64,000 nt of DNA from Camelus ferus (Eukaryota): assembly GCF_009834535.1 (NCBI RefSeq), contig NC_045707.1, positions 61,878,001 through 61,942,000 of the forward strand, read 5' to 3'. The translations under genes and the position numbers were made by a program. The notes under the pieces are model-generated. The model saw nothing but the letters and a program-made list of their open reading frames with translations, was not told the DNA's origin and ran no database searches. Positions 39,085-53,289 of this stretch are shown here, piece by piece; positions within the stretch are counted from its first letter, which is position 1, and each line of letters begins with the position of its first letter.

Positions 39085-39520
39085 CTGGAGATCATCATAC
39101 TAAGTGAAGTAAGCCAGAAAGAGAAAAAAAAAAAAATACGATATCACTTATATGTGGAGTCTAAAAACAAAAAAGACATAAATGAACTTATTTACAAAAC
39201 AGAGACAGACTCACAGGCATAGAAAACAAACTTATGGTCTTATGGCTACTGGGGGGAAAAGGGCTGGGGAGGGATAAATTGGGAGTTTGGGGTTTGCAGA
39301 TACTAACTACTGTTTATAAAATAGATAAACAACAAGGTCCTACTGTAGAGCACAGGAAACTATATTTATACCTTGTAATGGCCTATAATGCAAAAGAATA
39401 TGAAAAGGAATATATATATATATATGCACATATATATAAATGAATCATTATGCTGTACATCAGAAATTAATACAACATTGTAGATCAATGATATTTCAAT
39501 ATAAGAAAGAAAGAAAGAAA
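39085..39520 (+). mobile_element. Artiodactyl-type L1 3' end with complete 3' UTR
   Basis: CATACTAAGTGAAGTAAGCCAG...CAACATTGTAGATCAATGATATTTCAAT followed by a (GAAA)n tail. Confidence 0.9.
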
Positions 39521-40864
39521 TGCTCCCTTGTGGCAGTAATAAACTAAGCTTTGGTTGATGGACAGCTATTGTGGGACTTTCTTTCTTTCTTTTTGTGGTC
39601 TTTTAGAGAATCTACTGTTGACAATCTTGTGTTTGTTATTTAAAAACATAATTTTTATTCTTATTATAGTAATATTATATATGGGTTATATAAATTATCA
39701 CATTACAGAAAATCATATATAATGTTTGTTTTCGTTTGATGTTGAGACAATATGCAAAACTATCATGTCTATTAATTGATGGTTCATTCTTTTTTCAAAT
39801 AATGAAATATATTCATATTAATTATATTAAGGAACTAAAGGAAGAAACTTTTGACTCTCAAAAAGGCGCAAAAGACTGTGATAAATTTCAAACACTAATC
39901 TATCTTGCAATAACCTATTGTACTTATGACACAATACAGATCAAAATAAGAGCCAACATTTTGATTAGTGTTTAAAATAAGCAAAAACAAATTTTATAAG
40001 ACTATCTTAGTTGGATTCTGAAAATTTTGTTTTCCTTTTTGGTGATTATGTGTACTTTTATAATTTTTAATTGTTTTAAAAGTTTATTTTTTGTTATCTT
40101 TAAAACTGAAGGTACAGGATGGTCTCAAGTCTATAAAAATATGATTATAAATATTCTAAATTGATTGCAGTGAGACTGTATTTTGTATTTTATCATGTAT
40201 TTGCAATGAAATAAATATATATGTGGTCTAAGAAAACTACAAATATTTAAAATAAATACATTTTAAAATATACAATCAAACCTAAAATAATATTTTAAGG
40301 AACAGTTGAGAAGTTATAAAACATGAAAAAAATTATTCTTTTTATATAATAAAAAATAATATTGTTGTAACTTTTAATACAACATAGATTGATAAGGAGA
40401 CATCATCATTTTTCCTCAGTGTGGCCTTTTCAATAATATTTTAATGAAAATCTTTGCACTCTATAATAGAATATGTAAAAATGGATACACATACTGAAAC
40501 TTTAATCTAATAATTCAGTCACAATAGTAATGGAATAATGTTTCATTACAGTGGGATTTCACTTAAAATTGCTCATAATGCATTACTTTGGCAGTGGATG
40601 TTAATGTATTAGAAAGTGATTCTGTTATGGATGATAGGTCCAGATCCCTGGATAATTATGAACAATTGGTGTCCACAATAATAAATTTCATACAGAAAAA
40701 AATGGCATCATTATCATCTTTTTATATTGTATTCAGAGTAGGAAGACTTACATAGCACTCTCATTCATTTAGTTAGCACTATTTATTGAGTTATTATTAT
40801 GTTCACCGTTCTAGACACTTGGAAACCATGAGTAATGGAATCAATCACAGATCTTGGACACTAT

Positions 40865-41010
40865 TGTCAAGAAAAAATTAATCAGTCAATCAAAGAAAGA
40901 AATGGAACATTTTATTCGAACCCAGTTGAGGATTGCAACCTGGGAACAGCATCTTAGCGCCAAGCACTGTTCCACTCACTAGAAGTCAAAGCACAGCTAT
41001 AGAAACTTGC
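40865..41010 (-). mobile_element. Truncated LTR fragment (U5/R end)
   Basis: TGTCAAG terminus with TTTATT about 45 bp inside; other end not found. Confidence 0.45.
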
Positions 41011-41569
41011 TGGTGTGCGCTGTGCAGGCACGTACCTGGTGACATACAGCCTTTGCAAAGATAACGCACTGGACTCGCCAGAGTCAGATTTTCCTGAGTG
41101 AGGTCTTCTTGGAGTCTTGTAAATGCAGTGAGACAGTAGCCTCAGAACAACTGAATATGGAAAAAGTCAGAGGACTTTTACTCCCTATTTACTGTTGATA
41201 TTTCTATTTGGTCAATACTCTTTTCAGCCCTTCGCTGTGGCATTGTTGTGACTGTCTGAGATTCTCAGATTGCTCGTCACACAGTAGGACACAGAAGGGT
41301 CTGACCACAGAGGACCGGACTGAGAGACAGCTCACAGGATGAGCTGCACATTCGCTGGACAAAATGCTAAATTTTGAGGTCATCCAATCACATGGCTTTT
41401 AGCTTGTTTTGGTTTTGGCAGATCAGTTTCTGTTCTCTATTTGAAGCATTATCAGGAAATATTTTCTGGACAAAGAGTACTCAGAGGGGTTTGGAAAAGG
41501 ATTATGCATATTGTATACCTCGTAATAGGAAATTTGAGCTTTTGGCATGCTGCAAATAAAAAGGTAGGA

Positions 41570-41825
41570 CTGCACAGACGTTGACAGCACTTTGCCTCTG
41601 GAACCAGATGAACTGGGCAGAATTCTAGGTCTATGACCAACTAGTTTTATGATTTTCAAGCAAGTTAGTGGATTTCTTCATGCCTTGGTTCTCTCATCTA
41701 TAAAGTGGAGATAAAAACAGAAAACACCTACCTCAGAAGATTGATGATGATAAAGTATTTAGAACAGTCTGCCCAGTGTAAGCAATGTATAAAGGATTGT
41801 TTTGTTATTATTATTATTATTATTT
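41570..41825 (+). mobile_element. MIR SINE
   Basis: Core GCCTTGGTTCTCTCATCTATAAAGTGGAGATAA...CCTACCTCAGAAG and (TTA)n tail. Confidence 0.8.
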
Positions 41826-42729
41826 TGCTGAAAAGTGTGAAAAGTTCTGTGCATTCTTCTTTGACTACAAAAAGTCAATAGTTATTTGGGTGGAATTAAA
41901 TCTTACCCTTGAAGTTAGGATCACTGCTAAGCTTGTTTACCTGTTTGCTTCAGGGAATTGTACTGTACACATCCTATGTGTGGTAAATTATGACTGTTTA
42001 ATCACATTTGTTGCAGGAGATTGAATTTACCTTGTGTAAATTGTAAGCTACACACCAGCATTGTTATGATTACCTTTCTGTCTGTGACCTCTAGAACACC
42101 CCTTTCTGTTTGTCACAATATTTTTCTTGTTTTCCAGAAAGCATCACATCACTTTGTCTTGACATTCTTCCTATATGCCCAGGGGAAAAATAAACTGTGG
42201 GCAACATATTGAGTTCTAAAAAAAAAAAAAAAAGAATGTGAAGCATATTTTCTCAACGTGAAGAAATAAAGGTAAATGTAACTTGATTTCTGCCACCACT
42301 GAGCTTATTTTGAACCTAAGTGATTTAATCCATACCACTCCTACTTATGTTTAGCCATGGCTTCGACAGCCTCAATGGATCATACATCTCCACTGATACC
42401 TGTTTGTCCCAGAGTAATTAATATGTTCCCTTCCACATATTTCGGAGGTTTCCTAGTTTCAATAATAAGTTACATGGTCACCCTAGCTACCTGCACAAAA
42501 GCCCGTTCAGTGAAATTTGGTTCAGGAATTGGACATGAAGATAATGGACATGATTGACCTAAAATAATGACTGATTTAGCCAAAGACCAAGTATTGTCAT
42601 CTGATGAGACCCAGGGATATGACCCCGGCACAATGATCTGTCCCTTCACCGATGCCTGAACTCATCATGGTGGTCCATTTCTGTTGCCTGTGTGAAGATA
42701 GGAAGAGAGAGGAGAGAGACAGAAAGAGA

Positions 42730-43940
42730 GATCACTTTTATGGTATTCCAGCCAAAAATGCACAATCAGAATCTAATCATGAGGGAACCTCAGACAAACC
42801 CAACTTGAGGAAAGTTCTATAAAATAATTGGTCTATAGTCTTTAATAAGACATTATCATGAAAGACAAAAGTAAGTCTGAAGAACCATTCTAGGTTAAAA
42901 AGAGTAAAGATACATGACAACTAAATGTACCATGTGATTCTGGATTGGTCCTAGGCTGGAAAGGGTTAACTCAGCACCCTGCATGTGCCAAAGAAAGGCC
43001 TGCTGTCAGGACTGACCCTTGGTTGGCTCCTGGGAAATAACCTCTGAGACCTCGGAATAATCTGCTTGGTAAGAGTGCTTTTGTTTGCCTGAGGTCTTGG
43101 ACCACACGGTATCAGTTGGACCAGTTTATCCTGACAATGGGATTCAGGGTGAACCCCTGTTTCTGCTGGAGTGTGGGGGCCCTGGAGGGAGACTGGAGTC
43201 TGAGTGACTGAGGTCAGTCAGGTAGGTGGTACGTGTCTATGTGACTGACCCTCAATAAAACCCTGAATACCGAAGCTCGCGTGGATGTCCCTGGTTGGCA
43301 ATACTTCACATGTGTTGTCATACATCATCGTTGGAACATGAATTAAGTGTGTCCCTGTCCAACTCCAATGGGAAGAGACACCTGGAAGCTTGTATCTGGT
43401 TTCTCCTGGACTTTGTCTTATGTGCCTTTTTCTTTTGCTGATTTTAATCAGTATCCTTTCACTGTATTAAACTATAACCATGAATACAATAGCTTTTCTG
43501 CATCTTGTGATGACTTCTAGAATCATCAAACTTGAAAGTGGTTTTGGGAACCTCCAATACAGTTCCTGTAATGGAAATAATTGCTATAAAGAACATTATT
43601 AGAATGATTGGACACTGGGATATGAGTTGAAAATTAGATGGAAATATTATATCACTGTTAAAATTTCTGAATTTGATAACTGTACTGTGTGCAAGAGATT
43701 ATCTTTGTTGTTAAAAAAATACTCATTGAAGTACTGAGGAGCTACAGGGCAAGATGACCAAAACCTACTAGCAAATGAGTTTTTAAACATATGTATATAC
43801 ATAACTAGAGAAAAACACAAAGGAAATATGTCAAAATGTTAAGAATTGATGGATTGGGGTAAAAGGCTCGTGAGCATTCTTTGTATTGTTCTCGCAATTT
43901 TTCTGTAATTTTAAAATTATATCAAAATATAAAATTAACA
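42730..43940 (+). mobile_element. L1MC-type 3' end, split by an LTR
   Basis: GAATCTAATCATGAGGGAACCTCAGACAAACCC...TTCTGAATTTGATAACTGTACTGTG. Confidence 0.75.
42952..43561 (+). mobile_element. MER77/MER21-group LTR nested in L1MC
   Basis: AAAGGGTTAACTCAGCA near start; ends GTGGTTTTGGGAACCTCCAATACA; AATAAAACCCTG. Confidence 0.8.
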
Positions 43941-46034
43941 TAGGAACGTCTGCAAAGGATTGTATGTACGTTTGTGTGTGTATGTTTATTTAATGAATTT
44001 AAAACTTAGTGTGAATTCACTATCTGAATTTTCTAAATATCACCCGTCTGCATTTATTAAGTAAGTAGAAGGTAGAGAAACAGTTTGATCATTTAACAGA
44101 CAGACTCAAATTATTGGGCAGCTAGATGTTGACCTTAAGGTGGAAACTCACCAAGAAGACAAACGGAAGGATTGAATGCAGAGAGATGTCAGTTGTCAAA
44201 TGGGCATGTGGTCTCCGATAAGGTGGGGCAAAGATAAACTGGCAGAGCCTGGGGTGGAAACAAAGACTTGCAGGCTAAGTTGGCAGAAGACAGTGGTGAC
44301 AATCCAGCTTTCAGGTAAGCATGGGTTTTGGAGAATATGATGACAGATGATGACCCAGATTAGCAGGTTGGTGGTGTTGGAAAGTCTAGCCTGGGATATG
44401 GAATAGGTTTCCAAACAGGTGGCAAAACATAGGTATGGGGAGTCAGGGAACAGGCAGTTTCTAAGGGATCCAGACTAAGTTGTGAGTATCATCTAAATCT
44501 GGGATAAATTAGTAGACATCCAAAGGTGACGAAAGCTTTAAAAAAGAAAAGGAAAAAGAGACTCTAGGCTTCAGAAGTATTGGTAAGAAGAGGGAACAGT
44601 ATGAGAACTTAAGCACCAATTAATGGGATAGATGGAAAGGAACCTAATCAATTTAGTTATTAAACTTACTGAGGTACAGAAACCCAACAGGATTAATCAT
44701 ATGAAATGCTAAACAATCAACTGTTGTCCTAGCGCTTTTAAATAGAGGCTCCCAGCTGCTGGGAAGGGATAGAGTTTGCAGGTGGGAATTTAGTGGTCCC
44801 AGCTGGGAAATTTGGAGGGCTTCAAGAAGAGAGTGCCAAGTAGTCACGGCAATTACTTTTTACAAAAAAAAAAAAAAAAAAATTCTATGACTGCCAAATT
44901 CAAGAGATGCTAAAGAGGACTATGGAAGAAAAATGGATTTAGGATTCATATAGATCTGCATTTAAAACTCGTCTCTCCCACTAACTGCCAGTGTGAACTT
45001 TATCAAATCTCTTAATAATATTTATTTCAAAGGACTACTTTGAGAATTAAAATAAGTTAAGCAAATATGGAAAGTTCTTGGCCCAGTGCTTGGCACAAAG
45101 ATGGCACTGAGTAAATGATAGAATGAATTACGATGGACGGAACAAGAGATTGTGTAACATTCTCTCTCTTACTACCAACTGTTAAGGGATAGGAGAGGTA
45201 AGGCACTCTGATTTCTAGCTTCATTGGCCAATTTTATTTTATTTTTTTAAAGTAAGACAAAAGTCTTGTGACATAAAAACTCTGCATAGTGGTAGCCTGC
45301 TTCTGAAGTTTGCTTTCCTAAGTGAGAGATGGATATACACATAGTGTTGACTCTAAGGTCGGCCAGCGGATTGAGAGTCAAAGTTGGCTGGTGTCTCAGC
45401 TGTTGTGGAAAGACTTAAATGTAAATGAGATCTTATATTCTGCACATTTGAGGCCCATAGACTGCTGGGAGTAAAACATTAAGCCGTATGATAACGAAAC
45501 TGTGTTGAAGCCTCCAGTTGTAAATGCCAAAGAATGTCATTCGTATTTACACTGAGCCCAGAATCTCACCCAGCTGGGAATCTGACAGAAATGTAAATTA
45601 TCTGTAATTGAAATATGTAAACCGTGAGCTGAAAGTGAGGGAGGAGAAAAATAATTATAAAATCAATTCAGTCACAATTATATCACCATTTAAACAAGGT
45701 TTTATTTTTTAAGAAAAAAATTACCACTTTTTTTCTCGTTGTTCTTCAACTCTTCATTTTCGTAATTGTCTATTTGTGGTCCTAAGGAAAACAATCTCTT
45801 ACAGCTGGAAAATATTTCTGGGCTGATAATTTACTTTTGTGTGCATTTTCTCATTTGATTTTTGCAGCAATTCTTTGCATTGTGAAAGGCATACTATATT
45901 CTCGTTTTATCGATAAAAACCTGACGTTCAGAGAGCTCATAAAAATTGCCCAAGGTTATGCAGCAGATAAGCCAAGGTCTGGAATTGCAATTTCTCACTC
46001 CAAAAGAAGCATGGTTTCTCATTGCTCTAACACA

Positions 46035-46445
46035 GTTTCTAACAGCTCAAGGTCACATCCCTAGGGATGGTCCTAGGCCCCCCCCCCCCCCCTAAAGTGC
46101 TTGCCTGAGGAACTCAAGGATGCCAGAGGAATTTACTACGAGTCCCAGCCGACACCTGAAGATAAGGCCCCATAAATGCCAGTTAGCAGATGGGTTTCAC
46201 ACGGACTGACCTGCCCTTCATGCTTTCTGTGATTGTTTTTCACTTCCCTGACTTTACTGAGACTCCACTCACCCCCTCTCTGTTCCTTCATCCTCCCTAC
46301 GCTTTATAAGGTCCCGTCATCTCTGTACAAGTTGAAATTGAGTTCAGTTCACAACAGACACTTTTCCCTGTTGCAACAGTATCTTGCTGATTAAAACCTG
46401 TCTCTACTGCCTCTAGCTAGTGTCCAACTTTGTTTACCTTTGACA
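46035..46445 (+). mobile_element. MER34/MER39-like ERV1 LTR
   Basis: GCTTGCCTGAGGAACTCAAGG...ATTAAAACC...CTTTGACA end; start approximate. Confidence 0.6.
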
Positions 46446-46483
46446 ATAAGCACTAGGTTGAGAAGCATTAACAGCTTTAAATA

Positions 46484-46732
46484 CATAGGTAAACCTTGTA
46501 GCATGCTTCACAGATACGGCAGGGGTTTTTGGTTTGGGGCTTTTTTTTGCAAACTGAAGGTTTGTTGCAACCCTGCCATCAGGCAAATCTCTCAGTGCTA
46601 TTTTTCCAACAGCATCTGCTCACTTTGTGTCTCTGTGTCACATTTTGGTAATTCTCACAGTATTTCAAACGTTTTCATTATTTTTATATTTGTTATGGTG
46701 ATCTGCAGTCAGTGATCTTTGATGTTACTACG
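46484..46732 (+). mobile_element. Tigger1 5' fragment (TcMar)
   Basis: AAACTGAAGGTTTGTTGCAACCCTG...GTGTCACATTTTGGTAATTCTC matches recalled Tigger1 start. Confidence 0.85.
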
Positions 46733-46785
46733 ATTAAATAGGGATTCAAAAAATCAAAGACTTTGGCATTGAAAGAGCATTTAAT

Positions 46786-46891
46786 CAGTTTTATCACTCA
46801 TTATTTTAAATATTATTATTCAGTTTTATCACTCATTATTTTAAATATTATTATTCAGTTTTATCACTCATTTTTTAAATGTTATTATTCA
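46786..46891. repeat. 35-bp minisatellite, 3 copies
   Basis: Unit CAGTTTTATCACTCATTATTTTAAATATTATTATT at 46786, 46821, 46856. Confidence 0.95.
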
Positions 46892-47389
46892 TCCTACTGA
46901 TGAATTGTCTATGATTATATGAGGAAATATTAGTGTCTTTATATACTACTAAATTTATATTTATTTTAGATTATTTTATATCTTTTAATAGCTTTACTAT
47001 CCTTTGTGTCGTCCAATTGATTTTCACATTTCAAATTCTTTTATGAGTTTTGATTCCTATTTCATACAGCCTGTGTCTTCTTACATCATAATGATGTATG
47101 GGTTTTTTGGGTAAATTTTCATTTGTTTCTTAATAGTAAATACTTTTCAGGGCCTTCATGTCCCCTGGGTCTCTGAGGTGCTGTTTCCTTCCTGTGCCTT
47201 GAGGTCTCCCTTGGCCAGTGGCTTATTTTTGGTTCTGTGTCTGTTCTTCATGCCCCAGGGAGGCAGGGACTCAGCTAAGCTCAGCATATACTGTCATTCA
47301 GGTTGTTCAGATGGATCTTTGTGCAAGTATTTTTTTCTTTTTCGCTCACAGTAAGCCTGTTTCTTCTCTAAGACTTGGAGCTGGACTGC

Positions 47390-47891
47390 ATGTGATAATC
47401 CCACATAACCAAGGATTCCACAGCCCTCCCAGACCAGCTAACCTCCAAACAGCGTTCTTCCTGACTCTTGGCTCCTGGCCTCCCATTTTATACAGTATTT
47501 ACTTTTAAAAGCTTGTAATTTAAATCCCTTCTCCGCCCCTTGGAGATACAATTTTTTTTTGTAAGGCCTCTTGCCAATTGTACAACCCAGGAATGTTTTT
47601 CTTGGGGACCTGGGAGCCAGCTCTTTAAAATGAAATCAAGGAAGATTGCTTGCAACCTTCTGAGTGGCACTTTGCTCAAAGTCATCATGAAAATAGGAGT
47701 TGACTTTTCCTTAGGATCAGGCCAATCAGCAAGCTCTGGTGGCCCGTGAGTCCCCTGCCTCCACCCTGCTCAGTTCTTAAAATCTCTCCAGCTTCTGTTG
47801 GAGTTGAGCTCAGGCCTCTCGCCCTTACAGCAATAACCTGGAATAAAGTCTTGCTTGCCTGTTTAACTTTGGCGTGATTTTTACTTTGACG
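47390..47891 (+). mobile_element. MER34-like ERV1 LTR
   Basis: ACAACCCAGGAATGTTTTTC...GACCTGGGAGCC...GAATAAAGTC...TTTGAC; start approximate. Confidence 0.65.
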
Positions 47892-49622
47892 TATGTTATA
47901 ACTCAATTATCCTACGCTTTCATGTCGAAAGGTTATGCTGACTTCAGATGAGATGGTCACTTACTATTAATCAAACTGAATCAGAGCTATGCACAAGAAG
48001 TACGTGGAAAAACAACCCTGGTAGGCATTGCTCCCCGGCTTTTATTTCCTGTCTTATTTTCCTTTGTTTGTTTATTTCTTTTACTTTTGGTCTAATCATT
48101 CCCAGATGGAAGACAGCACTCCACTTTTGTCTCCTCTGTCATCTGAGAGATAAATCTCTGACAAGATGTAGAAAGAAGTATTAAGTTAGTGGGAGGAGAA
48201 TTTTGTAACTTTCTCTTAAAGCTTCAGCTCTACAGTAAAGAGATTAAAAAGAAAACCCCTCAATTTTCTTTTCTTCTTTTTTCCTTTCTAAATTTTTAAT
48301 GACCTAAAGCATCCCTAATGAGAGGGAGAGCTGCATTTGCTTAGTCGCTAGGACATGCAAACGTGAGGATCAACACACGTCAATTTATTCCCTGTCATTG
48401 TAACCATGTGGGTCACTTTTTACAAATTATGAGAACTGACAATGCTCTGGAGAGGTCCAGCTGGCTTACACTCATGTTTAAATCAAAGCAAGCTGGAATA
48501 TTTCAAAGAGGGAAGTAGAATAGTGGTGGTTCCTGCCTAGGAGCAGGAGAGAATTTCAGACACCATGATAATTACACGGGTGCAATAATAAAGGCTTTGA
48601 CTAAAGACTGGAAATGTGGGTGAATAAAATAAGACAGATTTAAGAGGCTTTTGGAGGCGGATTTGGCGTGAATCTGTGATTGAGCTCGGTGGCTAAGGTA
48701 GAAGGAGGGAATAATTATGTCTGAAGTTTCTGGCTTGGGTCATGGTAGATGATCATGAACAAAACAAGAGCCAGTATGTGGTATATTGCAAAGATAATTT
48801 GTTTCTAATCTTGGATCTGCCTCAGCAAATTGTATGACCTTATAAAAGTCTATTAGAAACTGGAGTCTCTGATTCTTCATCCAATTTGGCTCGATATTCC
48901 TTTTCAGCAGTAAAGATCTAGTGTTCTGGAGGTAAATCGATCACCTTCACAATGAAAGATCTCTTTCAAATCATGATAACAGGTGTTTATCAAGCATCTA
49001 TTGTGTGGTAAAACCCTAAGAATTAAGAGACAGTTTAAAGACAGTGTACGTATAAAGGCAGCAAAAGAATAATATTTACCTGCATGATGCCTTTACAAAA
49101 TAATAAAGATATAATTATTTAACTTCCAGTATTTATGTTATAAAAGATGAATTCTATGGGAGTTTAATCATTGCAGGACGAATTAATGAAGAACTCATCT
49201 TCTACTTTGAAAGTTACCTTATAACACACTTGAAATGACTGCATTAAAGGTGCTGATTACAAAGAGATTAAGAACTGAAATATATCGAAGAAATTCACAA
49301 CACATTGTCTAAGTAAAAGGACTGGTAAAGTAGAGCCCCAGGTTTTAATTCAGACATGTCAGATTCCGAAACTCACGTGCTGTCATCCTTGTCAGACCCT
49401 ACCATTGCATATACCTTACTTTCAATAGGTAAAGAGATTGTTGCCTTCTTATTTGGAGCATAACAAATACATTGGCTCTAATCTAAAGAATTATGTGCAA
49501 TTAGATGCAACAAATATTTCAGACAAACGCATATATTACTACAAGATACTGTTCTGTCATTAAAGTTTCTGAAACAAATATTAGAAACAAATTGTCGGTT
49601 GACACGGATAAGGATTGAGCTA

Positions 49623-49655
49623 TGCTGCCATCTAGCGATCACTTAGCGCTGCTGC
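49623..49655 (-). promoter_or_regulatory. Candidate CTCF site (core plus upstream motif)
   Basis: Minus strand GCAGCAGCGCTAAG-TGATCGCTAGATGGCAGCA; motif match only. Confidence 0.5.
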
Positions 49656-51889
49656 TCCTCGCCTGCCAAAATAAATAACGTCAAGGAAATTAAAGATTTT
49701 TGTATGTGCAGAAGGTAAGCTAACAAATCTAATAAACAGGCTGCTGTAGATTTATATGGTAAATTCCGCACAAGTTGAGATTACGGTAAAAATATAGAGT
49801 AATAATGAAAGGAAAATAGTGATAAAAAATTTTATTCTATAATTTTTTTTTCTTCAAAGTGCGACCTGCGTTAGTTTACATTAAAAAAGTCATTATGTCC
49901 TCTGGTAGAGTTGCCACTCCTTTTATTCTATGGATTCTAGGCTTTTTGTCTTATTATTTAAAATAAATATTCATAATTTTCTTCTAGTCTCAGCTTAGAG
50001 AGACTATCTTTTAGGGAAAGCTGTATCTTTCTGCCTAGCCTGGAAGTGAAAATAAGAGCTGAAAACAATTGAGTGAAAAAAGGTGATCTCATGACGGTCA
50101 TGGGCAGAAAAGTAAGGAGCATGGAAAATGGAGAACAAAAATGATTTGTTCCTCAGGTCAAGTTTGCTCAGTATTTTGGGGAACTCAGTGATTGCTGGGG
50201 AAACTTTAAGAAAGCATTTAATGGTCACCAAGTAGCAAATGTCTCAAACACTGTGCATGGTTTGGTATATGACACAAAATAAATGTACAGGGTTTCAATT
50301 ACAAGCAATCGTATCTGAAAAATCTCTAGACACATTAGATACTGGTTCTCACTGACATGTGACCTTTACGTGAAGATAAAGGTCCACAGGCTTAAAGGCT
50401 TGAGTAGGGAGGGTAAAGGGCACTAAGAATAGGGAAAAAAATATTCTGCAGTTCTAAAGGCTTTCATTTGCTTGTTCAAAGAGTTGAAATGATTGGTAAC
50501 ATATGAGATGCTAAACCATGTGTTGGGTACTATTATACATTAAATTCTCCCTGTCCTTCAAGGATTTATAATTTTGGCAGAGAGCTTACCTATAAACCAT
50601 TGAGTATGTGAAATGTGGAGGGCAGAAGCAAATGATAACTTTTTTTTTTCCCCTCCTATCACTTCCCACACATCCACGCTACTAGATTTTTCTTCTCGAT
50701 TCCTAAGAGAGAACTTTTTACCAAATCATAACTGTCTGGTAATATGGGGGTATCAGAATAATCTCATTATCAGGTTTAAAATTTTACCTCAAGATGAAAA
50801 CTAATGAAAGTTAAAACTCAAGATATAAACTAATCAAAATTGAAACTCTCTCACCTAGTTCAGTGTTTCTCCCCTGGGGTCAGCGCAGACTTAAAATGGT
50901 ACTGGAATCAAGAGAGGGAACAGACAGAGCTTGAAATTTTATTTTCCCTTTTGCTGTTTTTACTTGATTTCCTTTCCCACCACCTCTTCTCCCACTGACT
51001 TCCTCAGGAGAGCATCAAGAGAAGAGACAATAGAAGTTAAAAAGAAACGCCCTTTCCTTTGGCTTGTTCTGCTCTGTTCTCTTTGTTGTGGTAAATACTC
51101 AGATGACGGCTTTCTAGCCCGGTGAACTTCAGGGACACTTCAGAGACACCCCATTCCACATCCTGTTACATGCAAGAGCATCTTTTCCATTTGTAACTTT
51201 AATCATTACTCATCCTCTGGGCTCTAAGCTCCATGAGGGCAGAGATGGCACATCCTGTCTCTGCTGTATGCTGAGCACTAACGCAATGCTCAGTGTTTAT
51301 GTTTGAATGTTCTAAGAATCAGAGAATCATGGAACGTCATACTGAAAAGTGTCTTAAAGCAAAAGAGAATGAAAAATGGGCTGTAATTCAGATATAGGCA
51401 AAGTGAGGATAGTTTGACTAGGAAACCCGAAATGGTTGCTCATCTTTTAACACATGTCTGGTTATAGACTGAATGAGTGTCTGCTTATGGATTTTGCTGG
51501 ACTAACTGGTCAAGTCCGAGTTCTCTTCTCCACTCCTGAGTGGAGCTGCACCTACAAAACATGTCCTGGAAGGCGGGAAAGGATGGTTTCCAGGAAAACC
51601 CACAAGGTCCACCTCTGTGGTGGCCTCAGGAAAAATAACCCCAAATCAGTCAGGTTAAAATTCAACTTATCCTTCAGGAACTCTCATGGGGGCATTTGGT
51701 TTGGTAAGGTCTGATTTGGGCTCGTCTTATTCTTGCGCGTTACATGAATTCATAGCAAAATTTTAAAAACAACCACATCCAACTAATTCTACATACAGAG
51801 ATTGCAAGAAAACATAAGTAAAAAGGGACATTTGGAGAAGAGGAGGACAAGTAAGACTGGCCATCCTGCTACAGAAATGGCCTGTGAGG

Positions 51890-52176
51890 TTCAGTCCAGA
51901 AGCCAGAAGCCACAGTGGCTGCTGAGCACTGGACTGCAGCTCGTCCGAATTGTGATGCGATATGGATGTAAAATTCATACTGGATTTTGTACCAAAAATT
52001 TTAAAATATCTTGACAAAGTCGTTTGTAAAGATTATAGTTTGAAGTAAGAATATTTTATATATATCCAGTGAAAATGCATTATTAAATTCATTTTACCTA
52101 TCTCTTTTTACTTTTATTTATGTGACTACTAGAATATATAAACTAAGATGTATTATATTTCTATTGGACAGTGCTG
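51890..52176 (-). mobile_element. MER33 hAT-Charlie MITE
   Basis: Reverse complement starts CAGCACTGTCCAATAGAAATATAAT; CACAATTCGGACGAGC...GCCACTGTGGCT near the other end. Confidence 0.75.
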
Positions 52177-53289
52177 GTCTAGAAAATAATCTCCTGACCT
52201 GGAAGAGCCACAATTTTCTGCCCTTAAAGAGGAACTGTTTCCTTATCCTCTGACCTGGGGCTTTCTCTCTCTCAGTGAAATGCTGGTTGCTCTCCAACCC
52301 ATCATTTAAGACCTACCTTGTATCTTCCTTAAGGTCACTCTCGAGAATTTCTCTTCAGCCCAAGGTGCATGCCATTTCACCTTGGAACGTGTATTTTGAC
52401 CTTAAATTCTAAAGAAGAGCTTCTTGCCCACGGACACCTTGATTTCTCAGTATTTTTAATTCCTGTTCTGGAAAAGAGCTCATAGGAGATACAGGAAAGT
52501 CTTGTTTTTACCTTGATGTGTTAACATTTTGCATCCTTGACTTCAATGAAATTTACACCTACGTGAGACCATTGGAATGGAGAATTTAATTACAAGAATT
52601 CTGACCATTTAATATACTTCCTGTACTAGATATACTTTTCCATTACATTCCTTGGTAATGTTTTGCTTGCAAATGATAAGACACCTCTATCTAGTTGAAG
52701 TATAAAATAAATTAATTACAAGGATATTCAGATCCTGTAAAAGTAACAAGAGTTGTATATAAGGAAGGCGTATAGCAAAATCTCAGGGAGAATTAGAAGA
52801 TACGGAAATCCATTAAAATTCTTTCCTATTTTTTTTTTTTTTTGTATTTAATTCTCTCTCTGTTTAATTTTCCTCTCTCTTGACTGTTTTTCTCTAAATG
52901 ACAGAAAACATGACTGCTCAGTCTTAAGAGGGAAATTTTAAAATAAGCAAAACATTTTTAAGTTTTGGCTCAATATTCTATTCTTATCCGGCTTCAAAGC
53001 TACATATTTATCTTTAGATGTCTGTGTGCACTGCTTCTGTATGAAATTAACCCAACTATCTTCTTGATTCTTGCAGTTCCCCTTGACTTTCCATTCCAAC
53101 TTCCACCATCCGAATTCAAGACTGCTCTACGCCCCTACACATCTCACTTAGCTTTCCACCTCCACTTCTTTTCTTCTTCCAGTGTATTGGTGTTGGTATT
53201 CAAATTTAAAAATCCTCTAAAGGTAATAACTGACTTCATTTGAATCTTCCTAGAATGCGTGGATAAAGTTAGTATTAAGAAAAGATACA

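Noticed and set aside
40050..40400. Extremely AT-rich tracts (also about 62900-63400) as matrix-attachment or origin elements
   Set aside because: Base composition alone is not diagnostic in this AT-rich window
46786..46891. CRISPR-like 35-bp repeats
   Set aside because: Head-to-tail with no spacers, in a mammalian genome; ordinary minisatellite
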